This document shows positions 14,380-29,300 of a stretch of DNA of 64,000 bases, in pieces. The DNA is taken from the NCBI RefSeq assembly GCF_009914755.1, contig NC_060928.1. The stretch is one strand, 5' to 3'. The notes beneath the pieces are model-generated. The model saw only the letters and a program-made list of their open reading frames with translations. It was not told where the DNA came from and searched no databases. Within the stretch, counting starts at the first letter, position 1; each line of letters starts with the position of its first letter. A program made the translations under genes and the position numbers. The stretch comes from the human T2T-CHM13v2.0 reference genome, Homo sapiens.

Positions 14380-15420
14380 GTGGCAGGAATGCTACAATAT
14401 TGATACATCATTTATTAATATTTATCTCATTCATGAGTATTTAGGTTTTACATTTTCCCTATTATGATAAATAATATAGAAAGTATCCTCATCCACCTAA
14501 CTTTGTGTATGTGAGAAATTATTTCTGTAGGATTGATGGATTGATTACTAGCAGTAGAATTGCAGGGGTACACAATTTGAAAATGTTGTTATAATTGCAA
14601 ATATGCCTTCCAAAAATGTATGGCCAACTTACATTTCTATCCCCTGTGTATAAAAACACCGTATTCACTGCTCACTTTAATGGTATAAAGTAATTTTTGT
14701 CTTCTGATTTATATAAAACTATGTCTCATTATGTCATTTGTATTCATGGGTGTGTGTGTATATATACATATATATATATGTATATATACACACACATATA
14801 TATATATACACATATATGTGTGTATATATATATATATTTTGTCCAAATCTGCCATTTGTCTCTTACCTTTATTACAAACACATTTGTTCCATACAGATGC
14901 TTTTCTTTTTTACTTTACATAATCTAAGAAATTTTGTACATAGAAAAAATTTTCACAAAATATTATAGTATGTATTTTCTATATTGTTTTATAATAGTTT
15001 TATAATAGTTCAAGACAACTATTTCTTAAACCAGTCTGGAAATGATATTGTATACAGTGTGAAGTATGAATATTGGTTTCCGTCTTTGCCAAAATATTAT
15101 CCAAATATGCTAATATTGTTTATTGAATAGTGTCTCCATTCCCATTGATTTAATATGCAATATATAACTTAACATGTATTTTGTAATGTTTCATTATAAT
15201 CTGTAATTGGACATGAATGTATATGTTTATAATATAATTTAGCATTTGATAGGATCAGCACAGAGGTAATTTTTTTCAAATTTCTTTAATTGTACTTGCA
15301 TAATTTCTCTTCCAGATAAACTTTTAAAAACAGATTGTGATAGTCCATACAAAATTATTTTAATTTATGTTTTAAATGATTTTCATTTCTATATTAATAT
15401 GGTGAGAATTAGTGTTTTTG
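14380..15420 (-). mobile_element. Highly diverged L1M ORF2/3' fragment
   Basis: T-rich antisense L1 motifs (AGTAGAATTGCAGGG, TTATTGAATAGTGTCTCCATTCCC, TCTTCCAGATAAACTTT). Confidence 0.5.
14750..14837. repeat. (TG)/(TA)/(CA) compound microsatellite
   Basis: Directly visible dinucleotide run. Confidence 0.9.
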
Positions 15421-15667
15421 CATTGATGACCACTAAACATATCTAAATCTATTTGGGGTTTCTTGATCCTTCAGCAAATTTTTTATGTGTTTTCATGTAG
15501 CCCTAACAAATTACATGGTAATTTTTAGTTATGATTGGGATATTTTTACTATGATATCTCTAGTTGATTATTACTAGTTAATAATATGATTTTTAAAACA
15601 ATTGGTGTTACATGTAGCTCACACTGCCCAATGCTTATTGTGAGACACTTCTAAATGCATGTATTAA

Positions 15668-15977
<310 letters not shown>

Positions 15978-18586
15978 AGCTACAGCCTTTGTTTATAGTG
16001 TTTTAAAATTAAAACATGTAGCTGACTTCTATTAGTATTTCTTCTAATAGTCTTTCATCATTAAACTGCATGTTACACATTAAAAAATTTGAAGGCAGAA
16101 AAAAAAATTATGGTTTAATATTTTCTGGCTTAAAAGATTGTCATGTTTCATAAATCATGCAGAACTAAAATGTGCAAATAACATATTTTACCATTTATAA
16201 TATAAAGCTTTTTGTATGCTTTACAAATAAAGCTTGTTATTGAAATTATATAGAGTGCTAAGTAGATTTTTTAAACTTAATTTTAACAACTATTTAAAAG
16301 ATAAAAAATGCCTTTGAAAGAGCCAAGATGGCCAACTAGATGCAGCCAGGAGGAACTTTTCCCATTAAGAAAGACCAGACCATCAAGTAGAGCAGCAGAC
16401 TACCCAGATTTTCTGAAAGAAGGCATTGAGAGTCGATAGATGTAGGTCGCAGGCCACAGGACTGAAAGGGAAACAGTCTGGACACCTTGCATGGGATTGC
16501 TGAGGATCAGAATGTGTTCCTGGATTTAAGTGGCTCCTATGAAAAGGGTGAGAGAAATAGGCCTGGAGTGGTCTACCCTCACCGAGGACCTCCACGATCT
16601 GGGCTGTGGGAGACCCCATGACCCCTACGGACATTTTAGTTAGCAGGAAGAACTGCTTGGAGAGTTGGCAGAGCTAGAACTCCAGTCTGTACAGAGTCCA
16701 CAGGGTTTGGTATGGAAGTGGCTGCAGTGGACCACAGCCATGAGTGACCATCCCCCAAGCCTTGTTTTGTTTATTTTCGGTAGTTTAGCCTTTGTTAGCT
16801 GCTGCACCTGGGCAGAGTAGGGCTGCCTTGCTAGTGGGACAGAGCCCGTGTAATCTGAATGCACCCCTGTCTGTGGGTCCCTAACTGGTCACACCCACTT
16901 GCAACACAGCTTCAGCTGCCTTACAGAATGATTACCGTTGGCCACACTCATAGATCTTTCACCAGCAGTTCCCACCTTCCCATCAGAGCACTTTTGCAGA
17001 CAGACTCCTGCCGGTACACACCCAATCAGAGCCTCCCCCGTCTACTACCCTGCCACATACACACACCCACATCCCTCCCCCAGCATCCCCCAGGGCCCCC
17101 ACCTGAACATTTTGCTGGCAGCCTCCATGGGAGTGTTATTGCCAGCAGATTGGTAACACCTCAGCTCCCCAAGTACAGCAGGTATTTGACCTCAAGAGGC
17201 CAGAGAAGAAAGCCATGGGCCTAATCCCAGCACACCAGAGAAAGAGCACACAGTTCAGGAGTGTTGAGATGAGCCTTGGTCCCCTGAAAGCATTTAGAAA
17301 TAAAGTCAATTGACTAAACCCAACTTATGCCACAGTCAAACCCTCAAGGGCATCACAAAATATAAAAGCAAAAAGCCCTATTCAAAAGACAACAACTCCA
17401 AAGATTAAAGAAACATCAATTCACACAGATGAGAAAGAGTCAATGTAAGAATTCTGACAACTCTAAAAGCCAGATGACTACATTCTTAACTCCAAGTGAC
17501 TACACTAACTCCCCAGGAATGCTTCCTAACTGACTGAAATAGCTGAAATGACAGGCACAGAACTTAGAAACTGGATGGCAAGGAACCTCAATGAAATACA
17601 GGAGAAACTTGAAGCCCAATCGAAGGAAACAAAATGATGACAAAAATTTTAAAAAAATTTCAAAAAATGAGCAAAATCACTAAGAATTGGCATTGTTTGA
17701 AGAGACCAAACCTGTGATTCACTGGCATTCCTGAAAGAAATGGAAAGTGAGCAAACAACTTAGAAAACATATTTGAGAACACTGTCCATAAAAATTTTCC
17801 CAACTTTGCCAGAAAGGTTGACATGCAAACTCAGGAAATTCAGAGAATCCCTGCAAGATACTATTCAAGATGACCATCCCCAAGATACATGGTCATCAGA
17901 TTCTCCAATGTCAGTATGAAAAGAAAAAAAGTCTTAAAGGGAGCTAGGGCAAGTCATATGCAAGGGGAACTCTATTAAACTAACAGTGAACCTCTCAGCA
18001 GAAACCTTATAAGCCAGAAAAGATTTAGGGCCTATATTCAGCAATCTTAAAAAATGAATTCCAACTAAGAATTTCATATCCAGCCAAACCAAACTTTATA
18101 AACAGAGAAATAAACACTTTTTGGATAAACAGATGCAAAAATGCAAAGGGAATTTGTTATCACAAGACCTTGCTTATAAGACATCCTTAAGGGAGTGCTA
18201 ATCATGGAAATGAAAGACCAATACCTGCCACCACAAAAACACACTTACATACATAGCCTACTGACACTACAAAACAACTATACAATGAAGTCTGCAAAAT
18301 AACTAGCTAGCAATATGATGACAGGGTCAAATCCACACGTCAATATTGACCTTGAATGTAAATGAGCTAAACACTCCACTGGAAAGGCAGAGTGGCAAGT
18401 TGGATAAAAAATTGTGTGTTGCCTTGAGACACCCATCGCAGATGCAATGACTCCCAGAGGCTCAAAGTATAGAGTTGGAAAAAAATATATTAGGCAAACA
18501 AAAAACAGAAATGAGTAGAGGTTGCTATCCTTATATCAGACCAAACTAACTTTAAACCAACAAAGATAAAATTGTACTAAGAGAGA

Positions 18587-18872
<286 letters not shown>

Positions 18873-20198
18873 AAGAGAGATGAGATGGGGAGAACAAAGA
18901 AGGGCACTACATAATAATAAAGGGTTCAGAAAACTTAACTCTCCTAAATACATATGCACCCAATATTGGAGTACTCAGACTCATAAAACAAATTCTTAGA
19001 AACTTACAAGGAGACTCAGATAGCCACACAATGACAGCGGGAGACTTAAAGATTCCCTGACAGTGTTAAACAGATCATCAAAGCAAAACACTAGCAAAGA
19101 TGTTCAGGACCTGAACTTGACACTACCAAATAGACCTAACAGACACCTAGAGAATACCCTACCCAACAAGAGAATACCCAACAAGAGAATAAACATTTTT
19201 CTCATCTGCACATGGCACATACTCTGAGATTAAACACACACTCAGCCATAAAGCAGATCTCACCAAATTCAAAACAATGGAACTTGTGTCAACCACACTT
19301 TCAGACCAGATCACAATAAAAATATAAGCCAATACCAAGGAGGCGCTCTCAAAACCATACAATTACATTAAAATTAAATAACTTGCTCCTGAATTTCTTT
19401 TAGGTAAAGAATGAAATAAAAGCAGAAATAAAAAAAAATGTTTGAAACAAATGAAAACATAGATATATCAGAATTTCCGGGACACTGCTAAAACAGTGTT
19501 AAAGGAAAGTTTATAGTGCTAAACACCTACATCAGAAAGTTAGAAAGGTCTCAAACTAACAACCTAACATCATACCTAGAGGAACTAGAAAAATAGGGCA
19601 AACAAATCCCAAAGCTATCAGAAGAAAAAAAAATAACCATAATCAAACCTGATCTGAAAAAAATTGAGTACAAAAATCCATATAAAAGATAATGAAACCA
19701 ACAAGTTCCCTCTTAGAAAGAATATATAAGACTGATAGACTGCTAAACAATATTATTAAGGAAGAAAAGGAAGATCCACACAAGCAAAACCAGAAATGAC
19801 AAAAGTGACATTTCCATTGACCCCACAGAAATACAAAATATCATCACAGGCTATTACAAACACATCTATGCACACAAACTAGAAAACCTAGAAGAAATGG
19901 ATACATTTCTGTAAACATACAACCTCTCAAGATAGAAACAAGGAGAAATTGAAATCTTGAAGGGAGCAGTAACAATTTCCAAAATTTAATCAGTAATAAA
20001 AAACCTACCAAGCAGAAAAAGCTCTGGACCAGACAGAACCACAGTTAAATTCTACCAGACATACAAAGGATTGCTGGTACCATTTGTACTAAAATGATTC
20101 CAAACAATAAAGGAGGAACCCATTATATGAAGCCAGCGTCATTCTGATACCAAAACCTGGCAGAGATACAGAAAAAAAGAAAACTTCAGGCCAATATC

Positions 20199-20607
20199 TC
20201 ATATAATTTAGATCTGTGTCCTCAACTAAATCTTCTGTCAAATTATAATGCCCAGTGTTGGAGGTGGGGCCTGGCGGGAGGTGCTTGGATCATGGGGATG
20301 AATTTCTCATGAATGATCCCTTGGTGCTATTCTCATAATAATGAGTTTTTATGAAATCCGATTGTTTAAAAGTTTGTAGCACCTCCCCACTGTGCTCCTG
20401 CTCCTGCTCCTGCTCCTGTCATGTATGATGTGCTGGCTCCTGCTTCACCTTCTGCCAGGAGTAAAAGCTTTCTAAGGCCTCCACAGAAGCAGAAGCTGCT
20501 ATTCTTCCTGTACAGCCTGCATAACTGTGAGCAAATTAAGCCTCTTTCTTCTATAAATTACCCAGTCTCAGGTATTTCTTTATAGCAATGTGAAAACACA
20601 CTATACG
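20199..20607 (+). mobile_element. MSTA-like solo LTR inside L1 ORF2
   Basis: MST landmarks (TGTTGGAGGTGGGGCCTGG, AAATTACCCAGTCTCAGGTATTTC). TSD ATATC/ATATT splits L1 CCAATATCCCTGATGAAC. Confidence 0.88.
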
Positions 20608-23319
20608 ATATTCCTGATGAACATGTAAACAAAAATTCTCAACAAAATCCTAGTAAATAAAATCCATCAGCATATTAAAAAATTAATCTATCAAAATCAA
20701 GTAGGCTTTATTTCTGAGATGGAAGGTTGGTTCAACAGATGCAAATCAATAAATGTGATTCATCATATAAACAGAACTAAAAAGAACAACCGAATGTTTA
20801 TTTCAACAGATGCAGAGGAGGCTTTAGATAAAATTCAATATCTCTTCATGTTAAAAATCCTCAACAAACTAGGCCTGGTAAAAACATATCTCAAAATTAT
20901 AAGAGCCATCCATGACAAACCCACAGCAAACATCATCACATTAAGTGGGCAAAAGCTCAACACATTCCCCTGGAGAGCTGGAAGAAGACAGGATGCCCAC
21001 TCCCACCATTCCTATTCAGGATAGTATTAGAAGTCCTAGTCAGAGCAATCAGGCAAGAGAAAGAAAAGAAAGGCATCCAAGTAGGAAGAAAGGAAGTCAA
21101 ACTATCTCTCTTTGCAGATGATATGATTATACGTAACACTTAGAAAACCCCATAGTCTCTGCCCAAAGGTTCTGAGAACTGATTTAAAAAAAAAAAAAAA
21201 AAGAGGAAAAGAAAAGAAAAGAAAAAAAGCTTCAGTATGGTTTCAGGATACAATATCAATGAAAAAAATCTGTATCATTTCTACACACGAATAATGTCCA
21301 AGCCAAGAATGTAATCCAATTCACAAAGTCCACAAAAAAGAATAAAGTATCTAGGAATGTCACTAACCAATGATTTCTATAACAAGAATTATAAAACACT
21401 GTTGAAAAAAATCCAAGATGACACAAACAAATGGAACAAAACATTCCATACTCATGGATTGGAAGAACCAATATTGGTGAAATGGCCATACTGCCCAAAG
21501 CAATTTATGGATTTAATACTATTCTTACCAAACTACAAATGGCAGTTCTCACAGAATTAGAAACAAAAATAAAAATTAACATAGAACAAAAAAAGAGCCC
21601 AAATATACAAAGGAATCCAAAGTGAAAAAAACAAAATTGGAGGAATCACATTACCCAACTTCCAACTCTAAGGCCACAGTAACCAAAACCCCATGGTACT
21701 GGAACCAAAACAGACACATAGACCAATGGAAGAGGATAGAGAACCCAGAAATAAAGCCACACAGCTACTGACATCTGTTCTTTGACAAAGCTAACAAAAA
21801 TAAGCAACAGGGAAGGGAATCCTTATTCCATAAATGGTGCTTGGATAACTGGCCAACCATATGAAGAAGATTGATATTGGACCCCTTTCTTTTACCATAA
21901 ACAAAAATCAACTCAAAATGGTTTAAAGACTTAGACATAAGACCCAAAACTTTACAAACTCTAAAAGAACATCTAGAAAATACCATTCTGGACACAGGGC
22001 TTGGCCAAGATTTTATGACAAATTCTTGAAAAGTAATTGCAACAAAAACAAATTTGACAAGAGACTTCTAATTAAACTAAAAAGCTTCTGCACAGTGAAA
22101 TAAACTACCAAAAGAGTAAAGAGACAACCTACAGAATGGGAGAAAATATTTCAAACTATGCATCTGACAAATGTCTAATGTCTGGAATTTTAAGAAACAT
22201 AAACAAATTAACAAGCCAAAAACAAATAACTCCATTAAAAATGGGCAAAGTACATGAAGAGACATTTTTCAAAAGAAGATATCCATGTGGCCAACAAGTG
22301 TATGCAAAAATGCTCCACATCACTAATCATCAGAGAAATGCAAATCAAAACCATTGGTAATGGTTTGGAATCAAGACTATCCTACACCAGTCAAAATGGC
22401 TATTATTAAAAGTAAAAAAGTAACAGGTGTCGGTGAGGTTACAGAGATAAGAGAATGATTATACAATGTTGGTGGGACTTTAAATTCCTATCAGCCACTG
22501 TTGGAAGCAGTGTGGATATATCTCAAAGAGCTTATAACTACCATTTGACCCAGCAATCCCATTACTGCATATATACTCAAAAGCATATAAGTCATTTTTC
22601 CAAAAAGACACATGCATGTGTATGTTTATTATTGTAGCACTATTTACAATAGCAAAGACATTGATTCAACCTGCAAGCCCATCAAAGGTGGATGGGATAA
22701 AGAAACTGTGGTATAAATACACCATAAAATACCATGCAGCCATTTAAAAAAAAGTAAAATCATGTCCTTTGTAGCACCGTGGATGGAGCTGGAGGCCATT
22801 ATCTCAAGTGAAATGAAGCAGAATCAGAAAACCAAATACCACATGTTCTCACTTATAAGTAGGAACTGAACATTGAGTACACATGGACACAAAGATGGGA
22901 ACAATAGATACCAGGGACTTCTTAAAGCAGGTAGATGGGAGGAGGGCGAGGCTCAAAAAACTACCTATTGGGTATATGCTCACTACCTGGATGACAAAAT
23001 CATCTGTACACCAAACTCCAGCCACATGCTATTTACCCATATAACAAACCTGCATATATACGCCCTGAACCTAAAATAAAAGTTGAAAGAAAAGTCTCCT
23101 ATTTTGATACGGGATTTGGCTAATCTACCTTTTTAAATGTATATGCCTTATACATTTTCAAACTGTGTTCCTGGGTATCTAAAGATACATATCTCATATA
23201 TTCTGATGGTTGATGCTTGATTATTTTCTATTTTATTAAAAATGAATATCTTATTCTCTTGTAATAGCACCTTTCCCTCAAAGTGTATACTTTGCATATT
23301 ACTAGTACCCAAAACGTGT

Positions 23320-23545
23320 GCAATTGGATCCTTCAGAAAACATACATTGAAACAAATTTAGCAATGGAAACATTCATTGTGGAGTAAACTCAAAAAAAGT
23401 AGGAGGTGGCGGGTCGGGGGATTGGGCACCAGAAATAAACGTGGAAAACTGTGAGAACATGATGCAGATCTATGAAAGTTTTACTAGGCCACTAGGGAAA
23501 CCAGAGCACAGATTACTCAGTACAGAGCCCCAAATTGGGACTCTC
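23320..23545. mobile_element. Possible ancient ERVL LTR (LTR16-like) fragment
   Basis: Weak resemblance only. Confidence 0.3.
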
Positions 23546-24129
23546 CATGTGTATTTATTTTGCTAAACGAGTATTTAATGATTTTGAAATAATTTCTAGA
23601 TTGTAGTTATGTCATCTGTAGTTTGTTTTTTTTTTTTCACCAAATAGTGAAGGCCAGTGTTTTAACATGTCATAGGTTTAAAAACTACATACTGATTCTG
23701 CCAGGAGATGAGCCAATCCTTCTCTTTTATGATGTCTGAGCCCAAATGACAGAACATCTCTCCCAGTGTCTGACCTCTATTTCTGTAAATAATTCTGCTG
23801 CTGCATTGTTGTGAAAAAGCAACAGAGGTCTTTCCCTTTGGGTAAGAGAGAGTAGACATACTGCTCCCATCAAGTCCAACTAAAAACTCTGGAAATCACA
23901 TTTATTTTAAACAAATAATGGTTGAAAGACTCTCTTAGAAAGATGAAGAAAAGAAGTAGGCCAAGTAGGGTACAAGGGCTTTTAGCAGAAAAGAGATAGC
24001 AGAAATAAGGTGGCAACACTCCTCCTCCTTCCTGAATGGTGTCAAAGAAAGTCAATTAAAACCGATGGTTTAAATAATATGTAAATACTTATAAAATTGT
24101 ATGCAAAGAATTGAGTTTCAACCTTAAAT

Positions 24130-24590
24130 TATTTCTATAGCAAGAATTAAAAAGACATCAAACTGAATGAATAAACAATTTCAATAGATGCAAACACCGA
24201 GGTGAGAGAAGTGGAAAAAAGTCTGAGAAAGATTGTAAATCAGCTATGGTAAAAATACTTTAATGAACTATTATGAACATATAGAAATCAAATAATTTAT
24301 TTTAAAAAATATTAGCACAGAAATAGAAAGTCTCAGTAGAAAAATAAAAGAGATGGTGAAGAACCAAATAGAAATTATAAAACTGAAAATTATTATAGGC
24401 AAGTAAAATACATCCAGTGGATAAACTCAAAAGCAGAATGGTGGGACAGAGGAAAAAAACTGAACTGAAATATAGAAAAAAATTTAACCTAAACAGAAAA
24501 GAAAAATAGACCAAAAAATAAATGACAGAGCCTCATTAACCTGTGGGACTATAACAAAAATTTTACCATTTGTGTAATGAGTCATCCACA
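24130..24590 (+). mobile_element. Old L1M ORF1 fragment
   Basis: A-rich coiled-coil coding remnants (GAACCAAATAGAAATTATAAAACTGAAAA, ACAGAGCCTCA...CTGTGGGAC). Confidence 0.6.
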
Positions 24591-25595
24591 ACTAATAATA
24601 AAATTTATACTGTAGTAAATTATTTGCTATAAAATATATGTGCTATAAAGTGTAGAGAGTTAATTAAGGATTATCCTTGAAAAAAAAAGAATGATTATAA
24701 GGTACTATTTATCTTTACCTTATGCTGTCTTCAATTGCATTCATCAGATGGCATGTGGATTGCATGATAACTTGGCAGACAACCACCTTCTGAATCAGAA
24801 GTTTTGAATTTTCAGACTTTTGGCTTAATTGCCTGTTCCACCAGCCTAATATTTAAGCCAGTCACTGTGTTATATCCTGTTATTAGAAAAATCTGTTGCA
24901 GTCTATAGTACCTTGTGGCTTTTCATATTGATGAGCAAAATGAATGAAAATACTAACAAAATGGGCACTTTTGGGTTTTCTTTACCTTCCCTTAAAATAA
25001 TCAGTTTTATTTAAAAAGAAAAAAAAAGAACAGCATAAGTGTCTTCCTGCTTTCCTTTTCAAATTTAAAATGATAAGTTAGAAATAAAAGGGAAATGGGT
25101 TTTTAGAGGGATGTTAACTTTTCTAGAGTTGCCTACATTGAAATAATAGAAAAAAATGTTAAAACAAATACAGTGTAGATTTGTTTTGTTTCGGTTTCTT
25201 TTTTTTTTTTTTTTTTGCAATTCAGCTTAGTTCTTGTAAACAATAGTGAAATCATAAGAAAGCAGGTGACAATACTGCATATTACTAAAAAATGAAATAA
25301 CTGAAATAAAACAATTATTATTGCCTATCACTAGAATATAACTTTATATGTAACATAATGCTTTATTATATTCCCTAAGGGCCTCTGGTATTAATAAGAG
25401 TGGTTGGTCTTTCTTAAAGTTGTTAAAACTAAGTTTAGATAAATGTTAGCAATTTGAGTTTTCTTTTAAAATTGAACTTGGAGACATAACTCAATTGACC
25501 CTACATAATGACAAATATCCGGATTTTGAGAGCTGAATTCCTATATAGTTCTATAAAATCTGGACAAAGAGGCTTGTGTTATATAAATTAATGTA

Positions 25596-26198
25596 CAGTT
25601 AACCTTTAAATAACACAAGTTTGAACTGAGCAGGTCCACATATATGTGAACTTTTTTCAATAAATATATTGAATAATTCTTTGGAGATACGTGACAATTT
25701 GAAAAAACTCAACAGATGAAACACATAGCCTAGAAATACAAAAATAAAAAAGAAATAAATAGATATGCCATGAATACATAAATATATGTAGATACTATAT
25801 TTTATCTATACTATGAAATATACACAAAGCTATTACAAAAATTTAAAATTTATCAAAAATCACGAATACACTTGTAGAACATACATGGTGCCATAGAACA
25901 TTTACAGAACATAAATGTAAATAAATGTAAAGATGTCAAGTAAAGTAGAAGCGCATAAAATTAACTGTGGTACACACTGTAGTACCATAATAGTTCACAG
26001 CCACCTCCTCTTGCTATCGTAGTGAGGTCAAATGTTGCGAGTATCTGCTTAAAATGCTATGTGACTAGTCATCTCCACATGAGCAGTTGGTCTCTCCAGT
26101 AAACTGCATATCACGGTAAAAAGTGATCTTGTGTGGTTCTCACATATTCTTTTTTGTGTTTAGTGGAATATCATAAACCTTGAATATCATGATGACAC
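25596..26198 (+). mobile_element. Tigger2-family (Tigger2b-like) DNA transposon, left part
   Basis: TA followed by a CAGTTAACCTTTAAATAACAC terminal repeat. Resumes at 30799. Confidence 0.85.
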
Positions 26199-26323
26199 TG
26201 TTGCCAGACTTTTCCTTAGTTGAGCTAAAGACGGGGTTCTTTGTCCCATGGCCACAAAATTCAGGCTCACAGACAATTGAATAGTAAGGTTTTACTGAGT
26301 GAAAAGGGGGAAACAGGGACTCC
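26199..26323 (-). mobile_element. MER61-like LTR, 3' end
   Basis: Minus strand ends ...TTTAGCTCAACTAAGGAAAAGTCTGGCAACA. Matching 5' end at 30774-30794. TSD ACAC/ATAC. Confidence 0.75.
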
Positions 26324-29300
26324 AACTGGTTTTTGAACACTCAGAGAGGTCCATGCACATACCTCTTCCCCAAATTTCTTTGTCACCAATTTTCTAATCA
26401 TGCTTCTTCCAAGTCCCTGAACATCCAGCCAGACCACTTGCTACAGCCCCGGAATCAGTATATAATCGCACATCTGGCCATTTCTCCTTCCATCCAAATT
26501 GCACAACCAGGTGCACTGCTCAAAGTTCTGCCCACTGGGAAGATTTCCCTTCACCACTGTCCTTCAGGGATGTCCTAGAAAGGAGCTGTAGTGCTGCAGC
26601 TGTCCACTTTCAGGTGGTGCCTGCATATCATGCAGAACCATCTGTGAACCACACCCTAGTCTTCCCTTCCTCTGTCAACTGATCATAGGGAACTACCCAT
26701 GAGGCCATCAGTGCAGGCTGGGAAAGAGAAGGCAGGGTGGTGGGAGTGGAGACCATAGGCATTTGAGCCACTTCTTCATGTAACTTATTTGTGACTTCAG
26801 GATCTGCTAGAGCCCGATCACATATATACCACTTCCATTTGATGATGAAATGCTGCTGTGCACCACCCACTTTATGGCTAGATGGGTCAGAAAGCACCCA
26901 GTTCATGATAGGCAGTTCAAGTCACATGGTGACTTGAAGACCCATAGTCAAGCATTCAGTTTCCACCAAAGTCCAGTAACAGGCCAAGTGTTGTCTCTCA
27001 AAAGGAGAGTAGTTATCTGCAGAATATGGCAGGGCCTTTCTCAAAAATCCTAGAGGCCTCTACTGTGATTTACCTGTTGGCTCCTGCCAAAGGCTCCAAA
27101 TAGCATTCCCATCTGCCACTGACACCTCAAACACCATTGGATCTGTTGGGTTATATGACTCAAGTGGCAGAGCAGCTTGCACAGTAGCCTGGACCTGTTG
27201 CAGAGCCTTCTCCTGTTCTGGATCCCACTCAAAACTGACAGCCTTTCAGGTCACTAGATAAATGAGCCAGAGTAACACACACAAATGAAGAATGTGTTTC
27301 CTCCAAAATCTCAATAGACCCACTAGGCCTTGTGTCTCTTTCTTGATTGCAGGAGGAACCAAATGCAGCATTTTGTACTTTATCTTAGATGGAATATCTC
27401 AACAGGCCTCATACTACTGGACCTCTATAAATTTTACTGAGGTAGAAAGTCCCTGAATTTTAGTCAGATTCATTATCAGCATGTCATCAATTTAATGGAC
27501 CAGTGTGATATTTTGTGGAAGCAAAAAGTGATTAACTTCTCTCCTAATAAGATTATGACAGAAGCTGGAAAGTTGCTATACCCCTGAGGTAGGACAATGA
27601 AGGTATATTGCTGGCCTTGCCAGCTGAAGGCAAATTGCCTCTGGTGGGCCTTATGGACAGAAATGGAAAAAAAGGTATTTGCCAGGTCAATTGCTGCATA
27701 CCAGATACCAGGAGATGTGTTAATTTGCTCAAGCAATGAAACCACATCTGGTACAGCAGCTGCAGTTGGAGTCACCACTTGGTTAAGCTTACAGTAATCC
27801 ACTGTCATTCTCCAAGATCCATCTGTCTTCTGCACAGGCCAAATAGAAGTGTTAAATGCGGATGTGGTGGGAATCACCACCCATGTGTCTTTCAAGTTAT
27901 TCATGGTGGCACTAACCTCCACAGTCCCTCCAGGGATATATTATTTTTGATTTACTATTTTTCTAGGTAGAGGCAGCTCTAATGGCTTTCATTTGCCCTT
28001 TCCCACCATCATAGCCCTCACCCTACCAGTCAGGGAGCCAACGTGGTAGTTCTGCCAGCTACTAAGTATGTCTATGCCTATTATGCATTCTGGCACTGGT
28101 TAAATGACAACAGGATGAGTCCAGGGACCCACTGGACCCACTGTAAATCAGACCTGAGCTAAAACTCCATTAATTACCTAACCTCCATAAACCCCTACAT
28201 TAACTGGAGAACCATATGACAGTTTGGGTGTCCTGGAATCAATGTCAGCTCAGAGCTGATGTTCAGTAGTCCTTGAAATGTTGGATCATTTCTCTTTCCC
28301 CAATACACATTTATCCTGGTAAAATGTCAGAGTCTCTTTGGGGAAGGGTGGGAGAAAGATTCACTACATAAGTTGTCGGTAATGTGGTGGAGTCCTTCCT
28401 CAAGGGTACCTGGCATCTCCTTCATTCTAGGTGTCCGAGTCTGTAAACTGGTTGAAGTCTGGAAATTGATTGAGGGGCCATGATTCTCTGCTTTTATAAC
28501 TCAAATTATTCTTTCATCCATTCAACCCAGAAGTTTCTCCTTATATAAATTAAGTAGGAATGCAGTAGGCTTCCTATCAATTTCACTTCTAGGAACACAG
28601 TGATTAATTAGCCAATGCCAGAGCTCTACACAAGTCAGACTATTCTGATTGCCGCTTTGCCTCTGCTGTCCATTAAGGTAGCTACATCCACCTTGCCTTT
28701 GACTGGTGAGTGCTGCCACTTGGCCCCTGCCACCTCGGGATCCAATATGCCGGTTGTATTTAAATTTTGTAGTTGAGCGACCATGATTCCTACTGTTAGA
28801 TCTGACACACAGAAAAGAGCAATTACAGGGCTCTTCAAAGTACAGGTGCTGACCTCACAAATCTATTTCTCAAGGCATTTGTCGAGGTTATATCTTCTGG
28901 CCCCTCCCAGCTGGATGAGTAGGTCTAAAGTAACTAATCCACTCCACCATCCAATCTCCCTAAACTTTTGGATCCCTTCCTCTACATTAAACTAAGGGAG
29001 ATCAGGCATTTCCAGCTCATTCACAGTGGGCCATCTTTAAATCCATATTTCAGCTAACCAAGCAAATAAACTATTAGAAACTTTTTTAACTCCCCAAGCT
29101 GCAACATTAAATGCAGAGTTCCTACTTAGTGGGCCCAAATCAACAAATTCAGCCTGATCCAACTCTAGGTTCCTTCCACCATTATCTGATACCCTTAATA
29201 TCCATTCCCATGCCTGTTCTCCAGATTGCCGTTTATAAAAATTAGAGAACTCAAGCAGTTCTTTTTGAGTGTAGTGCACCTCCTCATGGATCACACTATC

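Noticed and set aside
14697-14968. Overlapping ORFs rich in Y/I/H/T
   Set aside because: Translation artefacts of a TA/CA microsatellite.
19159-19192. 15-bp tandem duplication ACCCAACAAGAGAAT in L1 ORF2 (similar small duplications near 14990, 31700 and 43340)
   Set aside because: Ordinary slippage duplications with no functional context.
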